Notes under the pieces: generated by a model
Database searches by the model: none
What the model saw: only the letters and a program-made list of their open reading frames with translations
What the model was told of the DNA's origin: nothing
Shown: positions 23,613 through 32,000 of the stretch, one piece after another
Numbering within the stretch: position 1 is the stretch's first letter
Layout of the letters: the number at the start of each line of letters is the position of its first letter
Made by a program: the position numbers and the translations under genes
Source: Oscillospiraceae bacterium
GTDB lineage: Bacteria; Bacillota; Clostridia; Oscillospirales; Oscillospiraceae
Direction of reading: 5' to 3'
Length of the DNA stretch: 32,000 bases
Assembly: GCA_017527825.1 (NCBI GenBank)
Contig: JAFXPO010000020.1
Span: 1-32,000, forward strand

Positions 23613-23715
23613 TCGCCGTTTCGCTCGCCGCTGCGCGGCAACCGCGAAATTTGGCTTAAGCAAAACGCCGGTTCCCACCGTTTTTGCTTAACCGCGCTTC
23701 ATGAAAGGGGATTAT

Positions 23716-23934
23716 ATGGAACAGAAGAAGATTGACCGCATCAACGAACTCGCGCACAAAGCCAAAGCTGAGGGCCTGACCGACGAGGAGAAGGTCGAGC
23801 GGGCGGCGCTGCGGCAGGAGTATATCAACGCTGTGACCGGAAACCTGAAGGCGCAGCTGGACAACACCTACATCATGGACAAGCACGGCAACAAGACAAA
23901 GCTGACGCGCTGGGGCGAGAGGGAGCCAAAATGA
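23716..23934 (+). CDS. DUF896 / UPF0291 family small protein (72 aa)
   Basis: MEQKKIDRINELAHKAKAEGLTDEEKVERAALRQEYINAVTGNLKAQLDN is the characteristic YnzC-like pattern. AAAGGGGA RBS. Confidence 0.8.
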   Translation: MEQKKIDRINELAHKAKAEGLTDEEKVERAALRQEYINAVTGNLKAQLDNTYIMDKHGNKTKLTRWGEREPK

Positions 23935-25127
23935 GTGAGTGGAGATACGATGAGAGCAGCGGCTCGTTTCGCCAGTACAACAACAGCCCGAAAAAGGATG
24001 ACAGCGACTGGTTCAGCTGGGTGCTGATCGGTTTGCTGTTTGTCAGCGGCTGGGGCTGGTGGATCGGTCTGATCCTGCTGATCAACAAGCTCAAGGACGA
24101 CAAGCGCCGTCCCGCGCAGCGCAGCACGGCGCACTCCGCGTCGTCAACAGCCCAGCAGACGGCGAAGCCGGCGGCGAGCAAGGCGGCGAAGGCGGCGAAG
24201 AAGGTCACCAAGTCGCCCAGCGATACGAGCAAGACCGCGAAGATTCTGCAAATCGTCGGCGCGGCAGTCATGGGCTTGTTCGGCATCGGGCTGCTCTCCG
24301 AGCTGGGCAATCTCGTCGGCGGCTACTGGGTGGACTGGGAGAGCGTCCTGACCCTCACCGGCTTTGTCGCCGGCGGCGCGACTACGTTCTTCTACGGCCG
24401 CAAGATGCAGAAGCGCCAGAATCGCCTCAAGCGCTACATGGCGGTGTTGGGCGAGCGGGACCATGTGACGGTTGCCGAGCTGTGCGCCATCGTCGGCAAG
24501 AAGGAAAAGGTCGTCAAGGACGATGTGGAATACATGCTCCAGAAGAACATGCTCGCCACGGGCGCGTTTCTCGACGAGGGCCGCGGCATCCTGTTCCGCA
24601 GCGCCGACGCTTACCAGCGCTACCTGACCGAGCGCACGAAAAAGGAAAACCTCACCCCCAAGGAGGCGACGGAGGGCTACTCCGGTGCGCTGCGCGCCAT
24701 CCGCGAGGCGAATGACCGCATCCCCGACCCCGTGTTCTCCGAGAAGCTCGACCGCATGGAGACGGTGGCGGGCAAAATTTTCCGCGAGGTGGAGGATCAC
24801 CCGGAAAAGCTCAAGCAGGCGTCCACGTTTTTTGACTACTACCTGCCCACGACCCTCAAGCTGCTCTCGACCTACAGCGAGTTTGAGGAGGCGGGCATCG
24901 AGGGCGAAAACCTCCGCTCCGCCAAGGCGCGCATCGAGTCCATCATGGACAACCTGCTGGAGAATTTTGAAAAGCAGCTCGACGAGCTGTACCGCAGTGA
25001 GGCGTTGGACGTGGACGCGGACATCCGCGTGATGGAGAGCATGCTCAACCGCGACTTGTCCAGCGTGGAGCGTGATTTTGGGCTGGGCGGCACCGCGGTG
25101 GTGCAGCGGCCTGAGGATATGGAATAA
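23931..25127 (+). CDS. membrane protein with XpaC-like (5-bromo-4-chloroindolyl phosphate hydrolysis family) C-terminal domain
   Basis: ATGA overlap with the previous gene. TM segments WFSWVLIGLLFVSGWGWWIGLILLI and others. C-terminal FFDYYLPTTLKLLSTYSEFEEAG...IESIMDNLLENFEKQLDELY. Confidence 0.6.
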   Translation: MSEWRYDESSGSFRQYNNSPKKDDSDWFSWVLIGLLFVSGWGWWIGLILLINKLKDDKRRPAQRSTAHSASSTAQQTAKPAASKAAKAAKKVTKSPSDTSKTAKILQIVGAAVMGLFGIGLLSELGNLVGGYWVDWESVLTLTGFVAGGATTFFYGRKMQKRQNRLKRYMAVLGERDHVTVAELCAIVGKKEKVVKDDVEYMLQKNMLATGAFLDEGRGILFRSADAYQRYLTERTKKENLTPKEATEGYSGALRAIREANDRIPDPVFSEKLDRMETVAGKIFREVEDHPEKLKQASTFFDYYLPTTLKLLSTYSEFEEAGIEGENLRSAKARIESIMDNLLENFEKQLDELYRSEALDVDADIRVMESMLNRDLSSVERDFGLGGTAVVQRPEDME

Positions 25128-25163
25128 GAAGACCAAACTGAAAATAAAAAGGGAGAGATTCAC

Positions 25164-27281
25164 ATGGGCGATTTGAATTATCTGGACTCCATGGCGTTCT
25201 ACGGCGGAAATCTGTACGACGCCTACGAGTACTTCGGCGCGCACCCCACCGTGCGTGACCGGAAGAACGGCTGGCTGTTCCGCGTCTGGGCGCCGAACGC
25301 GCAGTCCGTGTCCGTGGTGGGCGATTTCTGCAACTGGGATCGCAACGCGTACCGCATGTGGCGCAACGACAAGAACATGTGGGAGATTTTCATTCCCGGT
25401 CTTGCCGAGTACGACGCCTATAAGTACGCCGTCACCGGTCCCAAGGGCGAGGTCACGCTCAAGGCGGACCCCTACGGCTTCCACAGTGAAACGCGCCCCA
25501 ACACCGCCAGCAAGCTCTATGACATCGCCGGCTACCACTGGCACGACAAAAAGTGGATGGAGCACCGCAAGGATAAGCTGGTCTACGATCATCCGCTGAA
25601 CATCTATGAGGTCCACCTCGGCTCCTGGCGCAAGCGCCCCAACGGCACGTTCTACGACTATCGCTCCATCGCTGACGAGCTGTCCGAATACTGCGCCGAC
25701 CTCGGCTACAACTGCGTGGAGCTGATGCCCATTACCGAGTACCCCTTCGACGCGTCGTGGGGCTATCAGGTCACCGGTTATTTCTCCGCCACGTCCCGTT
25801 ACGGCACGCCCAAGGACTTCATGTACTTCATGGACAAGATGCATGAAAAGGGCATTTCCGTCATTCTCGACTGGGTTCCGTCCCACTTCTGCAAGGACAC
25901 CCACGGTCTGCGCGACTTTGACGGCGCGAGCTGCTACGAGTACGAAGACCCCCGCAAGCGCGAGCATCTGAGCTGGGGTACCCGCGTGTTCGACTACGGC
26001 CGCGGCGAGGTGAAGAGCTTCCTGCTCTCCTCGGCGGCGTTCTGGCTCAAGGAATTCCACGTCGACGGTTTGCGCGTGGACGCGGTGGCGTCGATGCTCT
26101 ACCTCGACTATGACCGCCGCGACGGCGAGTGGTCGCCCAACGTCTACGGCGGGCATGAGAACATCGAGGCGATCGAGTTCCTGCGCGAGCTTAACCGCAT
26201 GGCGTTTGCCATCGATCCGGGATTGATGATGGTCGCGGAGGAGTCGACCGCGTGGCCGATGGTCACCAAGCCCACCGACATGGGCGGTCTCGGCTTCAAC
26301 CTCAAGTGGAACATGGGCTGGATGAACGACATGTGCCACTACCTCAAGCTCGACCCCTGGTTCCGCCAGTTCCACCACAAGGACATCACCTTCTCGTTCA
26401 TGTACGCGTTTTCCGAGAATTACGTCTTGCCCATCTCCCACGACGAGGTCGTGCACATGAAGGGTTCGCTGCGCGGCAAGATGCCCGGCGACGACTGGGG
26501 TCAGCTCGCGAGCGTCCGCGGCTTCACGGCGTATCTCTACGCCCACCCCGGCAAGCAGCTCACGTTCATGGGCGCGGAGCTGGGTCAGTGGCACGAGTGG
26601 GACTTCGCGGGCGAGCTGGACTGGTACCTGCTGCGGGAAAATGAGGAAAACCGCCAAATGCAGGACTTTTTCCGCGCCATCAACAAGTTCTACCTCGACT
26701 CTCCCGAACTGTGGGAGATCGACTTCAGCTGGGAGGGCTTCGAGTGGATCGTGCCTGACGACAACGAGAACAACGTCATCGTCTTCCTCCGCCGCGACAA
26801 GAAGGGCAATGAGATTGTCTGCGCCATCAACTTCTCCCCCAACCATTATGAAAATTACCGCTTCGGCGTACCGTCGAAGAGGGAGTACACCGAGGTCTTC
26901 AACACCGACCGCCCGGAGTTCGGCGGCAGCGGCTGGAACTACAACGGCACCGTCCCATGCGAGCGCGTCTGGTCGCACGACCGCGAGGCGTCCATCGCTG
27001 TGACGCTCCCGCCCTACGGCGCGATCTACCTGCGCGGCACTGGCACGCTGCTCACCGAGGAGGAGGAACGCGCCGCCGCCGAGAAGGCGATGAAGAAAGC
27101 GGCGCGCAAGCCCCGCGCCCCCAGAGCGAAGAAGGACGACGCCAAGGCGGCGAGCGCCGAGGAAAAGCCCGCGAAGAAGCCCGCCGCGAAGGCGGAGGGC
27201 GCGGAGAAGCGCAAACCCGGCAGACCCAGAAAGACTGCCGTTACCACCGATACAGCCAAACGCGAAAAGAAGTCTAAATAA
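25164..27281 (+). CDS. glgB: 1,4-alpha-glucan branching enzyme with a ~70-aa Lys/Ala-rich C-terminal extension
   Basis: GH13 branching-enzyme motifs: [30 protein letters not shown] and ISHDEVVH. The tail [26 protein letters not shown]...[10 protein letters not shown].... Confidence 0.95.
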   Translation: MGDLNYLDSMAFYGGNLYDAYEYFGAHPTVRDRKNGWLFRVWAPNAQSVSVVGDFCNWDRNAYRMWRNDKNMWEIFIPGLAEYDAYKYAVTGPKGEVTLKADPYGFHSETRPNTASKLYDIAGYHWHDKKWMEHRKDKLVYDHPLNIYEVHLGSWRKRPNGTFYDYRSIADELSEYCADLGYNCVELMPITEYPFDASWGYQVTGYFSATSRYGTPKDFMYFMDKMHEKGISVILDWVPSHFCKDTHGLRDFDGASCYEYEDPRKREHLSWGTRVFDYGRGEVKSFLLSSAAFWLKEFHVDGLRVDAVASMLYLDYDRRDGEWSPNVYGGHENIEAIEFLRELNRMAFAIDPGLMMVAEESTAWPMVTKPTDMGGLGFNLKWNMGWMNDMCHYLKLDPWFRQFHHKDITFSFMYAFSENYVLPISHDEVVHMKGSLRGKMPGDDWGQLASVRGFTAYLYAHPGKQLTFMGAELGQWHEWDFAGELDWYLLRENEENRQMQDFFRAINKFYLDSPELWEIDFSWEGFEWIVPDDNENNVIVFLRRDKKGNEIVCAINFSPNHYENYRFGVPSKREYTEVFNTDRPEFGGSGWNYNGTVPCERVWSHDREASIAVTLPPYGAIYLRGTGTLLTEEEERAAAEKAMKKAARKPRAPRAKKDDAKAASAEEKPAKKPAAKAEGAEKRKPGRPRKTAVTTDTAKREKKSK

Positions 27282-27295
27282 GGAGGGCACCCAGC

Positions 27296-28498
27296 ATGAA
27301 AAAAGACTGCATCGCCATGCTGCTCGCCGGCGGACAGGGGAGCCGGCTTTACGTCCTGACGGAGAACATGGCAAAGCCCGCCGTTCCCTTCGGCGGCAAG
27401 TTCCGCATCATCGATTTTCCCCTTTCCAACTGCACCAACGCGGGCATTGACACCGTGGGCGTTCTGACCCAGTACCGTCCGCTGGAGCTCAACAGCTACA
27501 TCGGCTCCGGTCAGCCCTGGGACCTCGACCGCGACGACGGCGGCGTGCATATCCTGCCCCCGTATCAGAGCGCCACAGGCGCGAGCTGGTACAAGGGTAC
27601 GGCGAACGCCATCTATCAGAACATCGGCTTCGTCGATATGTACGATCCCGAATATGTGGTGGTGCTCTCCGGCGACCATATCTATAAGATGGACTATGCC
27701 GACATGGTAGCCGCCCACAAGAAGGCGGGCGCGGCGTGCACCATCGCCGTCATGGAGGTGCCCTGGAGCGAGGCGTCCCGCTTCGGCATCATGAGCGTCG
27801 ATGGCGAGGACAACATCACCGAGTTCGCCGAAAAGCCCAAGGAGCCAAAGAGCAACCTCGCCTCCATGGGTATCTACGTTTTCACCTGGAGCAAGATGCG
27901 CGAGTGCCTGATCCGCGACGAGAACGATCCCAACAGCGAGAACGACTTCGGCAAGAACATCATCCCCATGATGCTGAACGCCGGGGAAAAGATGATCGCC
28001 TATCGCTTCGCGGGCTACTGGAAGGACGTCGGCACGCTGGATTCCCTCTGGGACGCCAACATGGACATGCTCGCCACCGGCAGCGGTCTTGACCTCTTCG
28101 AGCGCAGTTGGCCGATCTACGGCCGCAGCACCTCCGCGCCTCCGGCGATGCTGGGTAAGAACAGCTCCGTGGAGCACAGTGTCGTCACCCGCGGCTGCGT
28201 GGTGGACGGCAAGGCGGAGAACTCCGTGCTCTCCGAGAACAGCGCCATTGAGGACGGCGCGACGGTGGAGTATTCCATCCTCATGCCCGGCGCGGTGGTG
28301 AAGAAGGGCGCCACGGTGTCCTACGCCATCATCGGCGAGGACACGGTCATCGGCGAGAACGCCGTCATCGGCTGCCGCCCCGACGGCAGCGAGGGCTGGG
28401 GCGTCACGGTGGTTGGCCCGGAGACTGACGTGCCCGGGGATTACAAGCTCGCGGCGAATCACATGCTCAACAAGAATCTGAAGGAGGTGGCGAGATGA
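27296..28498 (+). CDS. glgC: glucose-1-phosphate adenylyltransferase
   Basis: [52 protein letters not shown]. Confidence 0.95.
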   Translation: MKKDCIAMLLAGGQGSRLYVLTENMAKPAVPFGGKFRIIDFPLSNCTNAGIDTVGVLTQYRPLELNSYIGSGQPWDLDRDDGGVHILPPYQSATGASWYKGTANAIYQNIGFVDMYDPEYVVVLSGDHIYKMDYADMVAAHKKAGAACTIAVMEVPWSEASRFGIMSVDGEDNITEFAEKPKEPKSNLASMGIYVFTWSKMRECLIRDENDPNSENDFGKNIIPMMLNAGEKMIAYRFAGYWKDVGTLDSLWDANMDMLATGSGLDLFERSWPIYGRSTSAPPAMLGKNSSVEHSVVTRGCVVDGKAENSVLSENSAIEDGATVEYSILMPGAVVKKGATVSYAIIGEDTVIGENAVIGCRPDGSEGWGVTVVGPETDVPGDYKLAANHMLNKNLKEVAR

Positions 28499-29610
28499 AC
28501 GGACTGCACGGCATCATTTTCTCCTATGAGAAGGAACCCGGACTGCGGGAGCTGGTCGAACACCGCATGCCCGCCTCGATCCCCTTTGGCGGCCGCTATC
28601 GCGTGATTGATTTCATGCTCTCCAACATGCAGAACGCCGGCATCACCGACGTGGGCGTCGTGCTGCACGGCAATTATCAGAGCCTGCTCGATCACGTCGG
28701 CAACGGCAAGACGTGGGACATGTCCCGCAAGTACGGCGGACTGCGGATGCTGCCCCCGTTCGCGGACAACCGCAAGTACCGCAGCGGCGAAGAGTTTGAG
28801 GGCAAGATGCAGGCACTCGCCGGTGTGCGCTCCTATTTGCAGCAGATCCGTCAGGACTATGTGGTCCTCGCGGACAGCGACCTGATCATCAACATCGACC
28901 TCGCGGACGTGTTCGCCGCGCACCTTCAGTCCAAGGCGGACATCACCTGCGTCTGCACCCCCAACTACAGGCAGACCGAAAACGCCACGTTCTTCCAGCT
29001 CGGCGAGGACAACAAGGTCGTCAAGACCCTCTGTGGTCCCAAGAAGCCGGAGGGCTATCACTGCCTCGAAATCTATATCCTCAGTAAGGATTTGCTGCTG
29101 CGTCTGGTGGATCAGTGCGAGGCGGAGGAGAAGATCAGCTTCCGCAGCGACGTGCTCAACGGCATGGGCGACCAGTTCGACATCCGCGGCTACGTTTTCA
29201 ACGGTCTCGCCGCCCAGATCCGCACGGTGAAGGAGTATTATGACCGCAGTATGGATATGCTTGACCCGCGCGTCTATCGCGAGCTGTCCACCGCGGCGCA
29301 TCCCATCCGCGCCAAGGAGGACGACGAAACGCCCACCTACATCGCGCCGGAGAGCAGCTGCACCAATACGCTGGTGGCGGACGGCTGCATCATCGAGGGC
29401 ACGGTGGAGAACAGCGTGATCTTTCCGGGCGTCAAGGTCGCCAAGGGCGCGGTGGTCAGGAACAGCATCCTGTTCAAGAACGCCAGCGTCGAGGAGAACG
29501 CCGAGGTCAGCTATGTGATCGCGGACAAGAACGTGCAGATTCGCCGCGGCAGCCATCTCAACGGGCATGAGAATTACCCGATGGCGATTTCCAAGAACAG
29601 CGTGATCTGA
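28495..29610 (+). CDS. glgD: glucose-1-phosphate adenylyltransferase regulatory subunit GlgD
   Basis: ATGA overlap with glgC. Translation [32 protein letters not shown]. Its position between glgC and glgA matches Firmicutes glgBCDAP operons. Confidence 0.85.
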   Translation: MNGLHGIIFSYEKEPGLRELVEHRMPASIPFGGRYRVIDFMLSNMQNAGITDVGVVLHGNYQSLLDHVGNGKTWDMSRKYGGLRMLPPFADNRKYRSGEEFEGKMQALAGVRSYLQQIRQDYVVLADSDLIINIDLADVFAAHLQSKADITCVCTPNYRQTENATFFQLGEDNKVVKTLCGPKKPEGYHCLEIYILSKDLLLRLVDQCEAEEKISFRSDVLNGMGDQFDIRGYVFNGLAAQIRTVKEYYDRSMDMLDPRVYRELSTAAHPIRAKEDDETPTYIAPESSCTNTLVADGCIIEGTVENSVIFPGVKVAKGAVVRNSILFKNASVEENAEVSYVIADKNVQIRRGSHLNGHENYPMAISKNSVI

Positions 29611-29665
29611 CATCACCTCTCACGGGAGGCGCGGCAAGAGCCTCCCGTCTCAAAGGAGAAACAAC

Positions 29666-31099
29666 ATGAATATACTGTATGTGGCGAGCGAGGCGGCACC
29701 GTTCTGCAAGACCGGCGGGCTTGCCGACGTCGCGGGCAGTCTTCCGCCCTCGCTGGTCAGGAAGGGTGACAGCGTCAGCGTGATCGTGCCGCTGTATCAG
29801 AGCGTGGCGGATCAGTTCCACGGCGAGCTGGAGTTCGTCAAGTGGACGTTCGTGCGCCTTGCGTGGCGCAGCGTGTACTGCGGACTGTTCCGGTACGAAA
29901 AGGACGGTGTAACGTGGTATTTTGTGGACAACGAGTACTATTTCCGCCGCCCGGAACTGTACGGCTACTATGACGACGCGGAGCGCTTCGGCTTCTTCTC
30001 CCGCGCGGTGACGGAGCTGATGCGTGAGTTTACGGAGAAGCCCGACGTGGTGCACTGCAACGACTGGCAGACCGCGCTTGTGCCCATCTATATCCACGAT
30101 GAGGCGGTGCGCGACGACTTTTACAAGAGCATCCGCACGGTCATCACCATCCACAACATCGAGTACCAGGGGCGCTACGGTCGTGAGCTGCTGGAAGAGC
30201 TGTTCGGACTCGCGTCGGGCTGGTACGACGGCGGCACGTTGGCGTATGAGGACGGCATCAACCTCCTCAAGGGCGCCATCGTCAATTCCGACGCGGTGAC
30301 GGCGGTCAGCCCCACCTACGCGCAGGAGCTCAAGTACGCCTACTTTGCCCACGGCCTTGAAAACGTGATCGCCATGTGCGAGGGCAAGCTCAGCGGCGTG
30401 CTCAACGGCATCGATGAAAAGAGCTTCGATCCCCGCGCCGACAAGAGCATCGCCGCGACCTATTCCCCCGGCAATATGGCGGGTAAGAAGAAGTGCAAGG
30501 AGCAGCTCCAGCAGACGATGGGCTTGCAGGTCAAGCCCGACACGCCCATCGTGGCGATGGTCACGCGGCTCGTGCCGCACAAGGGGCTTGACCTCGTGTG
30601 CGAGACGCTGGACTCCATCATGGAAAAGGACGTCCAGTTCGTCGTGCTCGGCAAGGGAGAGGCGCAGTATGAGGCGTTTTTCAACTACGCCAGAGCGCGC
30701 TATCCCGGCCGCGTGGCGGTCTACCTCGGCTATTCCGACGCGCTTTCGCGCCAGATCTACGCCGGCGCGGACCTGTTCCTGATGCCGTCGAAGAGCGAAC
30801 CCTGCGGACTGTCGCAGATGATTGCCATGCGCTATGGCACAATTCCTATCGTCCGCGAGACCGGCGGTCTCAAGGACACGGTGCGGCCGTACCAGTCCTG
30901 GAACGGCGAAGGCAACGGTTTCAGCTTCGCAAACTACAACGCCGGCGACATGTGCCATGTGGTCTGCGAGGCGATCGACCTGTATCACAACAATCCCGAT
31001 GCGTTCAAGCTCCTGCAAAAGCGCGACATGAACGAGGATTTTAGCTGGAAGCGCAGCGCCGAAGAATATCACGCCATTTACGAAAAACTCTGTAAATAG
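29666..31099 (+). CDS. glgA: glycogen synthase (ADP-glucose type)
   Basis: MNILYVASEAAPFCKTGGLADVAGSLP ... HCNDWQTALVPIY ... PSKSEPCGLSQMIAMRYGTIPIVRETGGLKDTV. Confidence 0.95.
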   Translation: MNILYVASEAAPFCKTGGLADVAGSLPPSLVRKGDSVSVIVPLYQSVADQFHGELEFVKWTFVRLAWRSVYCGLFRYEKDGVTWYFVDNEYYFRRPELYGYYDDAERFGFFSRAVTELMREFTEKPDVVHCNDWQTALVPIYIHDEAVRDDFYKSIRTVITIHNIEYQGRYGRELLEELFGLASGWYDGGTLAYEDGINLLKGAIVNSDAVTAVSPTYAQELKYAYFAHGLENVIAMCEGKLSGVLNGIDEKSFDPRADKSIAATYSPGNMAGKKKCKEQLQQTMGLQVKPDTPIVAMVTRLVPHKGLDLVCETLDSIMEKDVQFVVLGKGEAQYEAFFNYARARYPGRVAVYLGYSDALSRQIYAGADLFLMPSKSEPCGLSQMIAMRYGTIPIVRETGGLKDTVRPYQSWNGEGNGFSFANYNAGDMCHVVCEAIDLYHNNPDAFKLLQKRDMNEDFSWKRSAEEYHAIYEKLCK

Positions 31100-31116
31100 G
31101 AAGCAAGGAGAATTGA

Positions 31117-32000
31117 ATGACTTCCATTAACAACGTTGACAACATGAAAAAAGCCCTCTGTGACAAGCTGAAGCTGAGCTATGGCTGCAGCGTGGAGGAA
31201 GCGACCGAGGCACAAATGATGCGCGCCGCCGCGCTGGTGCTTCGCGAGATTATGGCGGATCGCGAGATCAGCACCAAACGCGCCACGCGCGAAAAGCAGG
31301 CGCGTCAGGTGCACTATCTCTCCATGGAGTTCCTCATGGGCCGCAGCCTGATGAAGAACGCCTACAATCTCGGCGTCGACGACGTGCTGACCAAGGCGCT
31401 TGACGAGCTGGGCTTCCACGCCGCCGACGTGTTCGAAGCGGAGCCGGACGCGGCGCTGGGCAACGGCGGTCTCGGTCGTCTTGCCGCGTGCTATCTGGAC
31501 TCCCTGTCCACGCTGGAGATTCCCGCCACCGGCTATTCCATCTGCTATGAGCTGGGCATTTTCCGCCAGCGCATCGTGGACGGCGAGCAGGTGGAGCTGC
31601 CCGACAACTGGAAGGAGCTGGGCAGCGCGTGGCTTGTGCAGAAGCCGCAGGAGACCGAAACCGTCCTCTTCGGCGGAACTCTCCGCCGCTTTGTGGACAA
31701 CGGTCGTCTCCACGTCGTCAACGAGGGCGCGACGCCCGTGCTGGCGGTGCCTTTCGACATGGAGATCGCGGGCTTTAAGACCGACCACGTCAACACGCTG
31801 CGCCTGTGGGACGCCAAGTCCCCCGCGCCGCTGGATATGTCCCTGTTTTCGCAGGGCGAATACCTGCGCGCGGTGGAGCAGCACGCCATGGCGGAGACCA
31901 TCGCCAAGATTCTCTATCCTGAGGACAACCACTACGAGGGCAAGTCCCTTCGCCTCAAGCAGCAGTATTTCTTCGTCTCCGCCACGATGCAGTCCATCGT
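31117..32000 (+). CDS. glgP: glycogen/maltodextrin phosphorylase (5' part, runs off the window)
   Basis: GCAAGGAG RBS then ATG 31117. Translation YLSMEFLMGRSLMKNAYNLG...EPDAALGNGGLGRLAACYLDSLSTLEIPATGYSICYELGIFRQ. It is not in the ORF track because no stop lies within the window. Confidence 0.9.
   Translation, partial: MTSINNVDNMKKALCDKLKLSYGCSVEEATEAQMMRAAALVLREIMADREISTKRATREKQARQVHYLSMEFLMGRSLMKNAYNLGVDDVLTKALDELGFHAADVFEAEPDAALGNGGLGRLAACYLDSLSTLEIPATGYSICYELGIFRQRIVDGEQVELPDNWKELGSAWLVQKPQETETVLFGGTLRRFVDNGRLHVVNEGATPVLAVPFDMEIAGFKTDHVNTLRLWDAKSPAPLDMSLFSQGEYLRAVEQHAMAETIAKILYPEDNHYEGKSLRLKQQYFFVSATMQSI

Noticed and set aside
24144-27374. Very long minus-strand ORF (1076 aa) antisense to the XpaC-like gene and glgB. 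Similar long antisense ORFs occur at 18653-20239, 27026-28462, 28459-29616, 29558-31072, 31078-31932, 21709-22746, 22791-23678 and 4845-5864.
   Set aside because: Their translations are Arg/Ala/Gly/His/Leu/Val-rich with no motifs. They lie opposite genes with unmistakable family signatures. Stop-poor antisense frames like these are expected in high-GC coding DNA.

Overview
The window appears to come from a high-GC Firmicutes/Clostridia-type chromosome. This is an inference from the glgBCDAP order, an SLH-anchored surface protein, GGAGG-type ribosome-binding sites (RBS) and the tRNA context. The left ~18.4 kb is mobile DNA and the right ~13.6 kb is ordinary core chromosome.

(A) 1 to ~2.1 kb is the right-hand end of a first integrative element. 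It holds a consensus-like promoter, an Xis-like HTH gene, a 497-aa tyrosine recombinase with unusual active-site residues, and three phased 9-mers.

(B) 2167-18397 is a 16.2-kb integrative element. It is bounded by perfect 45-bp direct repeats that equal the 3' part (anticodon loop through CCA) of the tRNA-Thr(GGU) gene at 18353-18428. Matching arm-type tandem repeats sit just inside both ends. Its contents are:
- a tyrosine integrase and an XRE repressor;
- a divergent early operon of small overlapping ORFs, an Xis-like HTH gene and an 893-aa primase-helicase;
- an AT-rich iteron-like gap;
- a tail-only morphogenesis trio (gpZ-like, tail assembly chaperone, TP901-type tape measure). I recognised no capsid, portal, terminase, major tail or lysis gene;
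- a sigma-70-family factor plus a region-4-only sigma-like protein;
- a convergent XRE / DinJ-like / YafQ toxin-antitoxin operon controlled from a divergent promoter region with three evenly phased 21-bp dyad operators;
- several orphan small ORFs;
- a secreted beta-helix / Pro-Glu linker / SLH surface protein as cargo.

(C) The core chromosome carries tRNA-Thr, tRNA-Asp, birA, a split chromate-transporter pair, udk, a zinc-ribbon/TM/2xBig_2 protein, a ylmH-like gene, a DUF896-like gene, an XpaC-like gene, and glgB-glgC-glgD-glgA-glgP. GlgB carries an AT-hook-like basic tail.

The most interesting candidate is element B, a satellite-like or remnant element with tail-length genes but no head genes. 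All functional calls rest on motif recognition by eye in the translated ORFs. No database search was run.
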